Assembly: GCA_047602405.1 (NCBI GenBank)
Contig: JASGHJ010000002.1
Location: forward strand, 768,001-832,000
Origin: Anaeromyxobacteraceae bacterium
GTDB lineage: Bacteria > Myxococcota > Myxococcia > Myxococcales > Anaeromyxobacteraceae
Length of the DNA stretch: 64,000 nt
Direction: 5' to 3'
Position 1 is the stretch's first letter. Each line of letters begins with the position of its first letter. The position numbers were made by a program, and so were the translations under genes. Below, piece after piece: positions 21,050 to 31,981 of this stretch. The notes beneath the pieces are model-generated. The model ran no database searches and was not told where the DNA came from. It worked only from the letters and a program-made list of their open reading frames with translations.

Positions 21050-21195
21050 TCGTTCTCGCTTTCGTGGATGCGCACTGCATGGGACCCGCCCGGAGGTGGA
21101 CTCCCGCTGACGGTCCGGTTCTATAGCCGATTCCGGGACATTACGCACCCCCGGGACACCAGGTCGGGGGGGGTGGGTACCGCCGCTCCAGCAAT

Positions 21196-21792
21196 CTAGT
21201 CCGGGTAGTGCCGGGCGGCGCACTCCGGGCAGAGGCCATGGGACAGCTCGGTGCCCGACCGCTCGGTGAGGTAGGTCTCGAGCCGGTGCCAGTGGCCACC
21301 CTCGTCCCGGATGTTCTTGCAGAACACGCAGATGGGGAGGATCCCCTCCAGCTTCCGCACGTGGCCGAGGGTCTCGGCCAGCTGGGCGTTGAGCCGGGTG
21401 AGCTCCCTCAGATCGCGGCGGCGTGCCACGGCGAGCTCGATGGCCCGCTTCAGGCTCCCCGGCTCGGCGGGCTTCACGAGGTAGGCCCCCACCCCGGAGT
21501 CCCGGGCCCGCGCCACGAAGTCGCCCGACTCGTACGCGGACATGATGACCACGGCGGTCGCGTGCCGCTCGAGGATCCGCGCCGCGGCGGTGAGCCCGTC
21601 CATCGTGGGCATCTGGATGTCCAGGATCGCGACGTCGGGCCGGTGCTCCTCGACGAGCTCCAGGGCCCGCGCGCCGTCGGCGGCCATCCCGAGCACCCGG
21701 CAGCCGGCCTCGCGGGCGGCCTCCGCCACGTCCTCCGCGAGGAGGAACTCGTCCTCGGCGATCACGGCGGTCAGGGGTTCACGCTCCATCAT
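21196..21792 (-). CDS. Response regulator (receiver plus Cys-rich C-terminal domain)
   Basis: AEDE...ILDIQMP...[17 protein letters not shown]...SHGLCPEC. Confidence 0.88.
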   Translation of the reverse strand: MMEREPLTAVIAEDEFLLAEDVAEAAREAGCRVLGMAADGARALELVEEHRPDVAILDIQMPTMDGLTAAARILERHATAVVIMSAYESGDFVARARDSGVGAYLVKPAEPGSLKRAIELAVARRRDLRELTRLNAQLAETLGHVRKLEGILPICVFCKNIRDEGGHWHRLETYLTERSGTELSHGLCPECAARHYPD

Positions 21793-24103
21793 GGAGTCGC
21801 TCCTCGGGGCGGCTCGAGGCGTACGTCACGTCGGCGACCGCCCCGCCGGCGTTCCTGAAGGTGACCTCGCCCCGCAGGCTCATGCCCACGGTGCCGCGGA
21901 TGAGCCGGATGCCGGTGCTCCGCTCGGAGAGCTCGCCCCGGAGCACGGGCTCGGGGTAACCCGGCCCGCCGTCACGGTAGACGAGCTGCACCCGCCCGTC
22001 ACGTTCCGTGATCTCGAGCTCCACGGCGATGGGGCCCGGCCCGGCGTGCTTCTCGGTGTTGGTGGCGAGCTCGTTGAGCACGAGCGCGAGCGAGTGCGCC
22101 TGCGCCGCGGCGATGAGCACCTCGGCCGGGGTGCACCGGATGGTGACCTGCGCCTGCCCCAGCGCGCCCGTGACGATCCGGTCGCAGAGCTCCCGCAGCC
22201 GGAGCGGGCGCCACTCCGTCGAGGAGAGCATCGAGTGGACCCGGCCGAGCGCGTCGACCCGCCGCTCGATGTCGTCGAGCAGCCCCTTGCCCGGCGCGTC
22301 GCGGTTGCTCCGCCGCTCCATCCGGAGCATCGAGACGATCAGCGCGAGGTTGTTCTTCACCCGGTGGTTCACCTCGCCGAGGAGCACCCGCTGCGACTGC
22401 GCGTAGGCGTCGATCTTCGCGGTGCGCTCGGCGACGATCCGCTCGAGCCCCTCGCCATGGGCCTTGAGCGAGTGGACCTTCCCGCGCAGGGCGGCCTCGG
22501 TGACCCGGAAGTTCTCGGTGAGGGACGCCACCTCGGCGGTGGCGGGGGACGGCCACGCGACGGTGGCGTCGGACTCGATGCGCTCGGGGAGGCCGGCGGA
22601 GATGGCCGCGAGCGCGCCGAGCGGGCGGGACAGCTGCTCCCCGAGCCACAGCGCGAGCCCGCTCGCGACGAGCATGAGGGCGAGGATCCCGGCCAGGTTG
22701 ACGATCGTGCGGTCGTAGACGCCCTGCTGCAGCGGCGCGAGCGGCGCCTCGACGACGAGGGTCCAGCCGGTGGACTCGAGCGGGTGGCGGGTGAAGAACA
22801 CCGCGTCCCGCCAGTCGCGCATCACCGAGACGTTGCGCTGTCCGGCCGGCCGGTGCAGGTGGACGCCGGGGACGGGGTCGTCCTCGTCCGGGATCGCCGC
22901 GAGGGCGAACGCCTCGAGGGGCCGGCGCGCGCGGTCCGTGGAGGTGACGATCGCGCCCTGGCGGTCGACGAGGGTGAGGGTGAGGCCGCCGGCGGCGGCG
23001 ATCTCCTGGAGCAGCTTTTCCAGGTTCGCGAGGTTGATCGAGCCGAGGCCCAGGCCCACGAGCTGCCCGTCCTCCTCGCTCTCGCCGCCCTCGAGCACCG
23101 GCGCGACGATGACGGCGATGGGCTGGAACACGCCGCCCCGGCCCGGGAACACGTCGGAGACGATGGCCCTCCGCTCCACCTGCAGCCGCCGGAACCAGGC
23201 GCGGTCGGAGTAGTCGAGGCCGAGCGTCGAGTCGCCCCGCGCGTTGACCGGCGGATCGAAGGCCACGGTGACGGCGCGCCGGTCGGCGACGAGGAGGTTG
23301 TGGAACTCCGGGAAGAGCCGGTGCAGTGCCTCGAGCTGCTGCTGCAGGCGGGGGTCGCGGCGGAGCCCGGCCTCTGCGCCCTTCTTGGCCACCTCCATGA
23401 CCGCGCGGCGGTGGTGGTCGAGCCAGCCGGTGATGAGCCAGTCGCCCTCGGCGCCCGCCCGCTGCACCCGGAGCGCGAGGGTGGTCTGGGAGCCCTCGAT
23501 CTCCCGCCGGTTCACGTACGTGAGCGCGCCCACGCCCACGACGAGCACGAGGAACGCGGCGTACTCGAAGAAGAGCCGGGAGGTGCGCGGCGGGGGCCGG
23601 TCGCCCCGCCCGGCCCAGCGCTCGAGGGGGACGAGGTTGAGCACCACGCTCGCGAGGACCGCGTTGCTCACGCCGTTGAGCGCCTGCTTGAGCGCGATGA
23701 TGGCCGTCGAGCGCAGCCCGAGGTTCATCGCGCCGAAGTAGAACGCGAAGACGAGCGGGGCGCCGAGGAGGAGCCAGTACGCGAGGTCGAGGAGCGCGAC
23801 CGGCGTCCGCGGCCGGTACCGCCGGCTCACCGCGACGAAGGCGGCCTCGCACCCGAAGATCACGATCGCGTACGGGTGCCGCCAGAGCGCGAACGTGTAC
23901 GCAGCGGCGATCGTCGAGGCGGCCACGCCGGGGACCGGCCCCAGCGCCGCCACCGCGCAGAGCCCCGCGATGCTGCCGAAGATGAAGTCGACGTTGAAGC
24001 CGACCGAGAGGGGCAGGGCGTTGCCGGCGAGCCCCGCCAGCGCGAACAGGACGAGGCCGGCGACGCGGCGGGGAGGCGAGAGGGGTGGCGCGGGGGCGGC
24101 CAT
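21779..24103 (-). CDS. Membrane sensor histidine kinase (Cache domain, HisKA_2-type)
   Basis: EVNHRVKNNL, LNELATN..KHA and D.GPG motifs; N-terminal TM segments. Confidence 0.88.
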   Translation of the reverse strand: MAAPAPPLSPPRRVAGLVLFALAGLAGNALPLSVGFNVDFIFGSIAGLCAVAALGPVPGVAASTIAAAYTFALWRHPYAIVIFGCEAAFVAVSRRYRPRTPVALLDLAYWLLLGAPLVFAFYFGAMNLGLRSTAIIALKQALNGVSNAVLASVVLNLVPLERWAGRGDRPPPRTSRLFFEYAAFLVLVVGVGALTYVNRREIEGSQTTLALRVQRAGAEGDWLITGWLDHHRRAVMEVAKKGAEAGLRRDPRLQQQLEALHRLFPEFHNLLVADRRAVTVAFDPPVNARGDSTLGLDYSDRAWFRRLQVERRAIVSDVFPGRGGVFQPIAVIVAPVLEGGESEEDGQLVGLGLGSINLANLEKLLQEIAAAGGLTLTLVDRQGAIVTSTDRARRPLEAFALAAIPDEDDPVPGVHLHRPAGQRNVSVMRDWRDAVFFTRHPLESTGWTLVVEAPLAPLQQGVYDRTIVNLAGILALMLVASGLALWLGEQLSRPLGALAAISAGLPERIESDATVAWPSPATAEVASLTENFRVTEAALRGKVHSLKAHGEGLERIVAERTAKIDAYAQSQRVLLGEVNHRVKNNLALIVSMLRMERRSNRDAPGKGLLDDIERRVDALGRVHSMLSSTEWRPLRLRELCDRIVTGALGQAQVTIRCTPAEVLIAAAQAHSLALVLNELATNTEKHAGPGPIAVELEITERDGRVQLVYRDGGPGYPEPVLRGELSERSTGIRLIRGTVGMSLRGEVTFRNAGGAVADVTYASSRPEERLHDGA

Positions 24104-24260
24104 GAGGTGCCGCGCGGAATATAGCGTCCCGGGGGGGCGGACCCGAGGTGCCGGCGCCGGAAGGACGGAATCGCCCGTCGAGACGGCGCGAAATCGTCAT
24201 CGACGGTCCGTCAACCGTGATCGAGATCAAGCCGCGAGGCGCCCGGGCGCGCCGGGGCGG

Positions 24261-25733
24261 TCACCGCGCGAGCGCGTGGAGGTACTCGACGAACGCCATC
24301 ACCGCGTCGTCGTAGCCCTTCACCTTCGGGTTCGCGCTCTCGATGACGAGGTACTCGTTCGGCGCGTGGAGGTCCCCGCCGTGCCCGACGCCGAAGTGGC
24401 TCGCGGCGAGCGAGAGCGGCGGGTTCGTGAAGGCGTGGCCGGGGTAGGACCCGGCGTTCCGCGGCCAGAGCGTCGGGTCGAGGCCGAGGCGGCGGTACAC
24501 CGCGAGCTCCTTCTGGATGAGCGCCGCCGAGGCGGGGGTCTCGGTGGGATCGTAGCCGCCCGTGGCCTTGACCTCGATGTCGCCGAAGCCGCGGCGCGCG
24601 AGGTGCGCGCGGAGCGCCGCGACCGCGCCGTCGAAGGTCATGTCCGGCACGAGCCGCAGGTCGAGCTTCGCCACCGCCCGGTGGGGGAGCACCGTCATGC
24701 CGCCCGGTCCCGTCCAGCCCGCCACGAGCCCCTCGATGTTGACGGTGGGCCGGCTCACCAGCGCCGCGAGCGCGTCGCGGAAGCTCGCGTCGTGCGCCCA
24801 CACCTTCGCGCCGGTGAGCTTCTTCGCGCTCTCCTCGCTCATCCGCGCGGCCGCCTCGTCGACGAGGCGGGCCTGCTCGGGCGACAGTGGCCGCGCGCGA
24901 TCGGCGAAGCCGTCGATGGCGGGATCGCCGCCCGCGTCGACGAGCGTGGCGAGCGCCTGCACGAGGTGGAACGCCGGGCTGTCGAGGCGCGCCCGGTTCG
25001 CCGAGTGGACGTCCTTCGACGGCCCGCGGCCCCAGGCCTCGCCGCTCGCGACGAGCTCGAGCTCCACGACGCCCTTCGCGCCGAGCGACACCGTGATCAC
25101 GCCCTCCGGGGTCTGCCCCGCGCTCGGCATGAACACGCCGGCGCACCCGGCGAAGGCCGCCTGGACCTCCGGCCGGCGCATCACCGGCCCGAGGTGGGGC
25201 GACCCGATCTCCTCCTCGCCCTCGGCCACGAGGACGAGGTTCACCGGCGACCTGCGCCCCGCGGCCCGCAGCGCGTGCAGCGCCGCGAGGAAGGCCGACT
25301 GCGGGCCCTTCTGGTTGAGCGCGCCGCGGCCCACGAGCACCTTGCCGAGCCCGGGCCGGTCCACGAGCCGGCCCTCGAGCGGCGGCGAGCTCCACTCCTT
25401 CGGATCGAACTGCTTCACGTCGTACATGAAGTAGAGGCCGACGGTGCGCTTCGCGCCGGCGTCGAGCCGCGCGAAGACCGCCGGGCTGCCGCCGGTCTCG
25501 ATCCGCTCGACGCGCTGGAAGCCCGCGTCGCGCAGGAGCGCCGCCATCTTCTCGGCGCCCTGGGGCACGTTCAGGCCCTCGGCGGCGATGGTCGGGAGCG
25601 CGATCCAGTCGCGGAGGCGGGCGAGGTTCTCGTCGTGGCGCGCGGTGACCTGCGCGGCGACGGGGGCGAGGTCCGCGGCGTCCCGGGGCGCGGGCCCGGC
25701 GGCGAGCGCGAGGGCGAGGAGGGCGAGGGTCAT
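24261..25733 (-). CDS. M20/M25/M40 family metallo-hydrolase
   Basis: YFMYDVKQ, GRGALNQKGP, EGEEEIGS and HAPNEY motifs. Confidence 0.88.
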   Translation of the reverse strand: MTLALLALALAAGPAPRDAADLAPVAAQVTARHDENLARLRDWIALPTIAAEGLNVPQGAEKMAALLRDAGFQRVERIETGGSPAVFARLDAGAKRTVGLYFMYDVKQFDPKEWSSPPLEGRLVDRPGLGKVLVGRGALNQKGPQSAFLAALHALRAAGRRSPVNLVLVAEGEEEIGSPHLGPVMRRPEVQAAFAGCAGVFMPSAGQTPEGVITVSLGAKGVVELELVASGEAWGRGPSKDVHSANRARLDSPAFHLVQALATLVDAGGDPAIDGFADRARPLSPEQARLVDEAAARMSEESAKKLTGAKVWAHDASFRDALAALVSRPTVNIEGLVAGWTGPGGMTVLPHRAVAKLDLRLVPDMTFDGAVAALRAHLARRGFGDIEVKATGGYDPTETPASAALIQKELAVYRRLGLDPTLWPRNAGSYPGHAFTNPPLSLAASHFGVGHGGDLHAPNEYLVIESANPKVKGYDDAVMAFVEYLHALAR

Positions 25734-25742
25734 CGCCGGGGT

Positions 25743-27425
25743 CTAACGCCGCGCGCCGAGCGCGTCCAGCTCGGACCGGTCCCCGAGCAGCTCGAACCGC
25801 TGGAGCGAGAAGGGCACGTTGCCGTTCTTCCAGACGTGGTCGTGCACGTCGCGGAGCCGGAACGCGGCGCCGCGCGCCCGGGCCACGTCGGCGACGAGCT
25901 GCTGGAGCTGGAGCTTCCCCACGAGGTAGCCGATCGCGAACCCCGGGTTGGCGGCGAACGCCGCCGCCTCGGTGCGCCCGGTCGCCGCGTCCACCCCGGC
26001 CGCGCTCTGCAGGTACGCCGCGGCGCGGTCGATGGTGAACGCGCCGAGCGCGAGCTGCACGTCGACCTCGACGCGGAGCGCGCGGAGCTGCAGGTACCGG
26101 TAGACCATCTCGCGCGAGCGCGGGCTGTCGTCGAAGAGCCCCGCCTGCAGCAACATCTCCTCGGCGTAGGTGCCGAGCCCCTCGTTCACGCCGGAGTCGT
26201 ACCAGTGGCGGCGGACCTCGTCGGGGTGGCGGTAGCCGAGCGCGAGCTGGAACGCGTGGCCCGGCGTGCCCTCGTGGACGGTGTCGACGCGCGGGTCCTG
26301 CGCCATCGAGAGCGGGAAGAAGCCGAGCTTCGGCGAGGGCGGCGGGATGTACCGGGTCGACTCGGCGCCCATGCGGGAGAGGCCGGCGAAGTCGGTCTCC
26401 TCGGCGAACCCGCGCAGGGCCGAGAGCCAGGGCGGGAGCGGCAGGTACCGGTACGCCGGGACGTCGGCGGGGACCGAGAGGAGCTCCCGCTCGACGAGGT
26501 AGGCGCGGATGGCGCGCTCCCCGCGGGCGCAGAGCGCGATCTGCGCGGCCTGGTCGGCGGCGATGGGGAGCTCGGGCAATCCCTGGTTGCGCCGGGCCTC
26601 GAGCGCCTGGAAGGCGATGGAGCGCGCGAGCTCCTGGCGGCCCATCGCGAGGAGCTCCTCCGGCGAGTACGGCATGAGCGCCACCTCTCGCAGGAAGCGC
26701 ACGTAGGCCTCGCGGCCGACGGCGACGTCCTCCGGGAGCTCCGGGAGCCGCCCGGCGAGCCAGGCGCGGAAGCCGTCGAGGGCCGCCGCCGCGGCCGCGG
26801 TGTCCTTCGCGAGGGTCGGGGCGGCGCCCTTCGGCAGCCCGGCGGCGGCCGCGGTCATCGCGGCGCCGAGGCCCTTCCCGAGCCCGTCGAGGTCGCCGAG
26901 GGCGAGCCGCGCGAACGGCGCCCGGGCCTCGTCGAGGTTCGCGCGCGCGGCGGCGAGCGTCGCGGGGATGGAGCGCATCCGCGCGACGAGGTCGGCGCCG
27001 CGGGCCGCGTCGAGCGGGGGCGGGGGGATGAGCGCGTCCATCACGGCCGCGACGGTCTGGTCGACGTAGAAGGTCGGGTCGCGGCGCCACGAGCGGACGC
27101 CGTCGAGCTCCCAGCGCACGCGCGCGAGGCCCGAGCCGAGCAGGCGGTGATCCACGAGGTCGCCGGGCGCGGTGGCGCCGGCCGCGAGCGCGCGCCAGCG
27201 GGCCTCGAGCTCCGCGAGCCGCGCGCGGCGCGCCTCGACCGCCCGCGCGGACCAGTCGGGAGCCCAGCCGCGCGGGCGCTCGACCCGGGTCACGTCGTCG
27301 CGGGTGATGGGCTGCGTCGTGGCCCGCCAGGCCCAGAAGTCCCGGGAGAGCGTCGAGAGATCGTCGGCGAGGGCCATGGACGGGAGGAGCGCGGCCGCGA
27401 GGGCGAGGGTGAGGGGGAGGTTCAC
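25743..27425 (-). CDS. DUF885 family protein
   Basis: Signal peptide; HEGTPGHAFQ, NEGLGTYAEE and PG.AIGY.VGK motifs. Confidence 0.82.
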   Translation of the reverse strand: MNLPLTLALAAALLPSMALADDLSTLSRDFWAWRATTQPITRDDVTRVERPRGWAPDWSARAVEARRARLAELEARWRALAAGATAPGDLVDHRLLGSGLARVRWELDGVRSWRRDPTFYVDQTVAAVMDALIPPPPLDAARGADLVARMRSIPATLAAARANLDEARAPFARLALGDLDGLGKGLGAAMTAAAAGLPKGAAPTLAKDTAAAAAALDGFRAWLAGRLPELPEDVAVGREAYVRFLREVALMPYSPEELLAMGRQELARSIAFQALEARRNQGLPELPIAADQAAQIALCARGERAIRAYLVERELLSVPADVPAYRYLPLPPWLSALRGFAEETDFAGLSRMGAESTRYIPPPSPKLGFFPLSMAQDPRVDTVHEGTPGHAFQLALGYRHPDEVRRHWYDSGVNEGLGTYAEEMLLQAGLFDDSPRSREMVYRYLQLRALRVEVDVQLALGAFTIDRAAAYLQSAAGVDAATGRTEAAAFAANPGFAIGYLVGKLQLQQLVADVARARGAAFRLRDVHDHVWKNGNVPFSLQRFELLGDRSELDALGARR

Positions 27426-27445
27426 GCGCGGGAGGCTAGCACCCT

Positions 27446-28813
27446 TCAGGCGAACCGGAAGAGGAGGGGGAACCCCACCACCACGAACAGGGCCCACGCC
27501 GCGAAGGCCGGCAGGTACCCGGTCTGCCACGCCTCCACCTCGCGGAACGTCCCGCGCCCCGGCAGGAACGCGCCGTAGCGCCAGGCCGCGCCGCCGAGGT
27601 TGACGAGGAGGAGCAGGTTCTCGCCGAGGGCGGCCACCCGGTTGGGCGTGAGGCCGAACCCGGAGATGCGCGCGACGATCGCCGCGAGCGCGAGGGCGTC
27701 GACGAGGAGCGCGCTCCCGACGAGGACGACGAGCAACAGGTCGAACCCGCCCGGGGGCGCGTCGGGGTCCCGCGCCGAGACGGCGTAGAGGAGGAGCCCC
27801 AGCACGAGCGCGAGGAGGAGGTCGAAGGCGATGAGGACGTCGCGCGCCACGTCGATGCCGCGGCCGGTGACGGCCATGGTCGCGACGAAGGTGAGCAGCA
27901 CCGCGGTGAAGAGCGGGGTGAAGATGCGCGCGAGCACCGGCGCCATGTTCTCGATGACGCCCTGCTTCGCCTCGACGAGCCAGGTCGCGACGAGCACCGC
28001 CCCGGCGGCGCCGCAGGGCAGGAGCCACCCCTGCACGAACCACTCGGCGTTCACGCCGATGCTCACGAAGATCGCCATCGTGAACCCGGTGAGCACCCCG
28101 CCGCCGAGGGCGATGAGCACGAAGTAGATGAAGAGCTCGCCGGAGAACCGGACGAAATCCATCCGCGGCCCGACCTCCACCCAGCGGCCGCCCGCGTAGG
28201 CCACCCCGACCGCGAGCCAGAGCGCGATGGGCAGGTGGAGGATGGCGAGGCGGAGCGTGTCGCCGTGGCCCTGGAACGGGTAGAGGTTCACGACGGCCGC
28301 CGCCGCGAGGAAGCCCGCGGCGAGGACGGAGGCGAGCCTGGCGTGGAGGGCCCGCTTCCACGCGAAGTACCCGGCGACGAGCGGGAAGACCATGAGGCTC
28401 GCGTTCCGGAGGTAGAGCTCGGGGTGCTCCAGGAGGCCGTACCCGAGCGCGGCCGGGAGCTTCACGAGCGCCCCGGCGGCGACGCCGAGCGCGATGGCCA
28501 CCCACAGCTCGCTCCGGCGCGCCGCGGAGGCCTCGTCCTGGCCGGCCGGCGTGACGAGCTGGCGCCAGAGCCGCTCGGAGTGCTCGCGGGCGAACTCCTG
28601 GGAGAGGGCGTCCATCGCGCCCGTCCGCTTCACCGCCACGAGGAAGGCCTCGTCCGGCGCGAGCCCGGCGGCGCCGAGCGCGTCGAGCTGGCCGCGGAGG
28701 TGGTCCTCGAGCTCCGCGACGTCGACGTCGCGGATGGCGCTGCGGCGGCGGAGGTACGCGCGCCACTCGGCGATCTGGGCCTCGACGGGCGCCGTGAGCG
28801 GGGTCGGGGTCAT
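27446..28813 (-). CDS. Permease-prefix-domain membrane protein
   Basis: ELEDHLR...GLAPDEAFLVAVKR.G followed by many TM helices; coupled to padR. Confidence 0.8.
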   Translation of the reverse strand: MTPTPLTAPVEAQIAEWRAYLRRRSAIRDVDVAELEDHLRGQLDALGAAGLAPDEAFLVAVKRTGAMDALSQEFAREHSERLWRQLVTPAGQDEASAARRSELWVAIALGVAAGALVKLPAALGYGLLEHPELYLRNASLMVFPLVAGYFAWKRALHARLASVLAAGFLAAAAVVNLYPFQGHGDTLRLAILHLPIALWLAVGVAYAGGRWVEVGPRMDFVRFSGELFIYFVLIALGGGVLTGFTMAIFVSIGVNAEWFVQGWLLPCGAAGAVLVATWLVEAKQGVIENMAPVLARIFTPLFTAVLLTFVATMAVTGRGIDVARDVLIAFDLLLALVLGLLLYAVSARDPDAPPGGFDLLLVVLVGSALLVDALALAAIVARISGFGLTPNRVAALGENLLLLVNLGGAAWRYGAFLPGRGTFREVEAWQTGYLPAFAAWALFVVVGFPLLFRFA

Positions 28814-29157
28814 GCGAGGCTCCCGGCGAGCTCGCGGCGCCAGAGGTTGCGGAGCGCCCCGTCCACGGCGTGCCACTGGCGGCGCTGCTCGGCGAGGTGG
28901 GCCCGGCCCCCCTTCGTGATCCGGTAGTACTTCCGCTTGCGGCCGCTGTCGGCCTCGCCCCAGCGGCCCTCGATGAAGCCCTGCCGCTCGAGCCGGTGGA
29001 GCAGCGGGTAGAGCATCCCCTCGGTCCACTGCAGCGTGCCGTCCGAGAGCTCGCCCACCCGCTTCACGATCGCGTAGCCGTAGGACTCCCCGTCGGCCAG
29101 GATCGAGAGGATGAGCGGCGTCGAGGATGCGGCGATCAGGTCCTTGCCGATGTCCAT
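28810..29157 (-). CDS. PadR family transcriptional regulator
   Basis: ESYGYAI...EGMLYPLLHRLE...RKYYRIT. Confidence 0.92.
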   Translation of the reverse strand: MDIGKDLIAASSTPLILSILADGESYGYAIVKRVGELSDGTLQWTEGMLYPLLHRLERQGFIEGRWGEADSGRKRKYYRITKGGRAHLAEQRRQWHAVDGALRNLWRRELAGSLA

Positions 29158-29182
29158 CGGGTCTCCAGGGCGGCGCGGCCGC

Positions 29183-29238
29183 ATGCCTCGCGGCTCGATG
29201 CCTAGTGGCACGATGCCTCGCAGCGCGAGGTATGTCAA
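29183..29238 (-). promoter_or_regulatory. padR promoter with candidate operator
   Basis: TTGACA on the minus strand (29238-29233), CATCGT 17 nt downstream, palindrome ATGCCTCGC-agc-GCGAGGTAT (29213-29233), and ATGCCT repeated at a 15 bp period. Confidence 0.55.
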
Positions 29239-29253
29239 GCGCGGGCGGGATCC

Positions 29254-29475
29254 GCAGGCCGTTGAAGAAGGCCGATTCAGGTCCGATCGCCCCGAGCGTA
29301 GCCGCCGCGAAGCGGCGGCGGAGACGAGGGGCCGGCCGAGGCCGTGCCGGTCAGGCCGGCATGAGCCTCGAGAGGCGCAGCAGGTTGTACGCGGCGGCCA
29401 CGAAGAAGCAGATCACGGCGAGCGCGCCGTGTCGATGGGACGCCCTCGTCCTGGCCGACTTCTTCAACAGCCTGC
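29254..29475 (-). mobile_element. Internally deleted IS5-type element (MITE-like)
   Basis: 17 bp inverted repeats GCAGGC(C/T)GTTGAAGAAG; internal transposase C-terminal remnant ICFFVAAAYNLLRLSRLMPA*. Confidence 0.7.
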
Positions 29476-29488
29476 TGAGGCCTCGACC

Positions 29489-30286
29489 CTAAGAGCTGTC
29501 CCACAAGTTCCGCTTGAGATTGTGAAGGACGGCGACGGCTGCCACGGTGGCCGCGAGGTGGCGGCCGCGTCGGCGGTGGTCGCGCAGGACGCGCCAGTCT
29601 TTGAGGCGAGCGAGGACGTGTTCGACGCGAGCCCGGCGGCGACGATGGCGGCGCCAGGCGCGATCCCGAACGATCCTGTTGCTCCTGTAGACAGGGATGC
29701 GAAGGCCGGTGACGCCTCGGTATCCACCGTCGGCGAGCACACGGCGGTGGTCGAGGCAAAGCGATTCGATTTCGGAGCCGCGGAAATGAAACGGGTCGTT
29801 TCGGTTGCCCGGCCCGCCGGCAGACGTGGCCACGACGCGACGGTCTCGCCAGCGCACGAGCACCTGGGCGTTGCAGGACCAGCGGTAGTTCTTGGATTTC
29901 GCAGCGCGGCCGTGATCACGAGTGGGGATGAGGGTCCCATCGACGATCCAGGTCTCGCGGCGATCTCTCCGGACGGGAGGGCGAGCGAGGCCAGCGAGCC
30001 TCGGCGTGAAGGCTGCGACGATGCGATGGACGGTCGACTTCGAGAGGCCGACGACGGCGGCGAGCTCGCGCAGGGTGAGGTTGGTGCGCAGCGCTATGCA
30101 GGCGACGAGGAGGCGGTGCAGCGGCGAGCTCGAGCAGGGACGCCCCCGGCTCCTGGACGCGGGGAGCACGCGCCGGAGGCGAGCGAGGTCGCGCCATGAG
30201 AGGGACGCGACGGTGAGCAGTCGGTGGGTCGGGATGAGGGACACGGACACGCTCCTGGAAGCGCGAACGTTGCTCACTTCGTCCAT
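29489..30286 (-). CDS. IS5-family (ISL2/IS112-like, DDE_Tnp_4-type) transposase
   Basis: HTH LRTNLTLRELAAVVGLSKSTVHR; WIVDGTLIP, PGNRND, LADGGYRG and RARVEHVLARLK.W motifs; the stop is supplied by target DNA. Confidence 0.88.
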   Translation of the reverse strand: MDEVSNVRASRSVSVSLIPTHRLLTVASLSWRDLARLRRVLPASRSRGRPCSSSPLHRLLVACIALRTNLTLRELAAVVGLSKSTVHRIVAAFTPRLAGLARPPVRRDRRETWIVDGTLIPTRDHGRAAKSKNYRWSCNAQVLVRWRDRRVVATSAGGPGNRNDPFHFRGSEIESLCLDHRRVLADGGYRGVTGLRIPVYRSNRIVRDRAWRRHRRRRARVEHVLARLKDWRVLRDHRRRGRHLAATVAAVAVLHNLKRNLWDSS

Positions 30287-30297
30287 GGGCGCCTGCT

Positions 30298-31981
30298 CAG
30301 ACCTGATTCCCGCTGAGGGGTCGCGGCGCGGGTACGGCGCCGGCGGCGCTTGAGGTTCCGACCTACTTCGCGAAGGGCACGGCTTTCGTGGCGCGGGTGA
30401 GTTCTTCCCCCGGTGGCCGCGGTTTCCTGATCGGCAAGATCGACGGGCGGATCGGGCCCGGCGATCATCGCCTCCGCGCAATGAGAAGGGGTGGAGCCAA
30501 GGCCGGCCCCACCCCCAAGACGGCCGAACTCGCGCAAACGAGAAGAGGCCGGGAGGCAGGAGATCATGCCGATCACCGAAGCACAAGCCCGGCGTGCGTT
30601 GCGGCACGCCGACATCCCCTGGGACCGGGAGGTGGACGACCCGCGCGAGGATCCGTGGGTCGTTCACGACCACTACGGTCTGCTCGGCGGCCTCGCCGCC
30701 GCGTTCGCCGTGGGCCGGTACCGGCTGCGGCACGCCGAGAACTTCCTCGCCGATCTTGGCGTGGGCGCGCGTCGCGCGCTCGGCCTCGGCCGGCGGACGC
30801 CGAGCGACACGACTCTCTACAGGCTGCTGGCCGGGCAGGACGCGGCGGGTTTCGAGGAGACCGTCTTCGCCCAGGTGAAGGACCTCGTCGCGCGGAAGGT
30901 CGTGAAGCACGACCGGTTCCGCGTCGGAGTCGTGAGCTTCGACGGCAAGGGCACCTGGTCGCGGACCGACGGCGAGCCGGTCGAAGGCGCAAAGCGGGCG
31001 GTCGACGATTTCCACGGGGTGACGATCCAGAGCTTCGGCGCGATGCGCGCGGCGCTCACGTCGTCGTCCGTGTGCCCGTGCGTCGGGCAGAAGGTCATCG
31101 GCTCCAAGGAGGGCGAGGTCCCCGCCTTCCGCGAGCTCTTCCCACGCGTGTGCGAGGCGCTGGGAGAGCGCTTCAAGATCATCACCGGCGATGCGGGTCT
31201 GTGCGCGCGAGAGAGCGCCGAGCTCGTGGCCGAGCGCGGTCGCTGGTACCTCTTCACGCTGAAGAGAAACCAGCCTCACCTGCACGGCCTCGCGAGCGAC
31301 TTCCGCTGCTACGAGATGGGCGTGCCGCTGGCGCGGACGACGGACCGGTACCGCGGTCACAGCGTCGTGCGGGAACTCTACGCCGTCGACGTCGCGGGCA
31401 GCCGCATGGTCGACATCGCCGACGCTCAACAGCTCTGGTACGTCTGCCAGACCACCCACGCACCGAACGGTGAGTGCGTCGCCGTCGAGCAGCGGTACTT
31501 CGTCACCTCGATCCCCTCGCGCACCTTCTCGCGCGGCGAGGAACTCGCCCTCGTGCGCCTGCACTGGGCCATCGAGAACGGCTGTCACTGGGCGATGGAC
31601 GTCGCGCTTCGCGAGGACGAGGCGCAGCCCTGCCAGGTGAGCCGAGCGGCCATCGAGGCCGTCAGCTGGCTGCGCATCATCGGCTACAACGCCGTCAGCG
31701 CCTGGCGACAGCTCGCACCGCAGAAGGACCGAAAGCCCATCAGCTGGGAGCGCGCGAAGGAGACCCTCCGCGACGCGCTGGTGCTCGCCGGACGCGATCA
31801 CCTCGAGCCGCTCTCAGCCGACACCTGAACCCACGGCCGGCCGCCGTCCCCCCTCCTCCTTGCGCGCGACAACCGAGAACGTCCCCGGCCCTCGGCCGCT
31901 GCCGACCTTCGTCTTCACGTCGCGGCAGGACCCTTGAACCGGCAGACGTACCTGAACCCCACCGAACGCGGATCAGGTCTG
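30298..31981 (+). mobile_element. ISAs1-family insertion sequence (nested)
   Basis: IRs CAGACCTGAT / ATCAGGTCTG; 11 bp direct repeat GGGCGCCTGCT at 30287-30297 and 31982-31992. Confidence 0.88.
30567..31828 (+). CDS. ISAs1-family transposase
   Basis: PSDTT, SFDGK, ITGDA, LKRNQP.L, RYFVTS and R.HWAIEN..HW.MDV...ED motifs. Confidence 0.88.
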
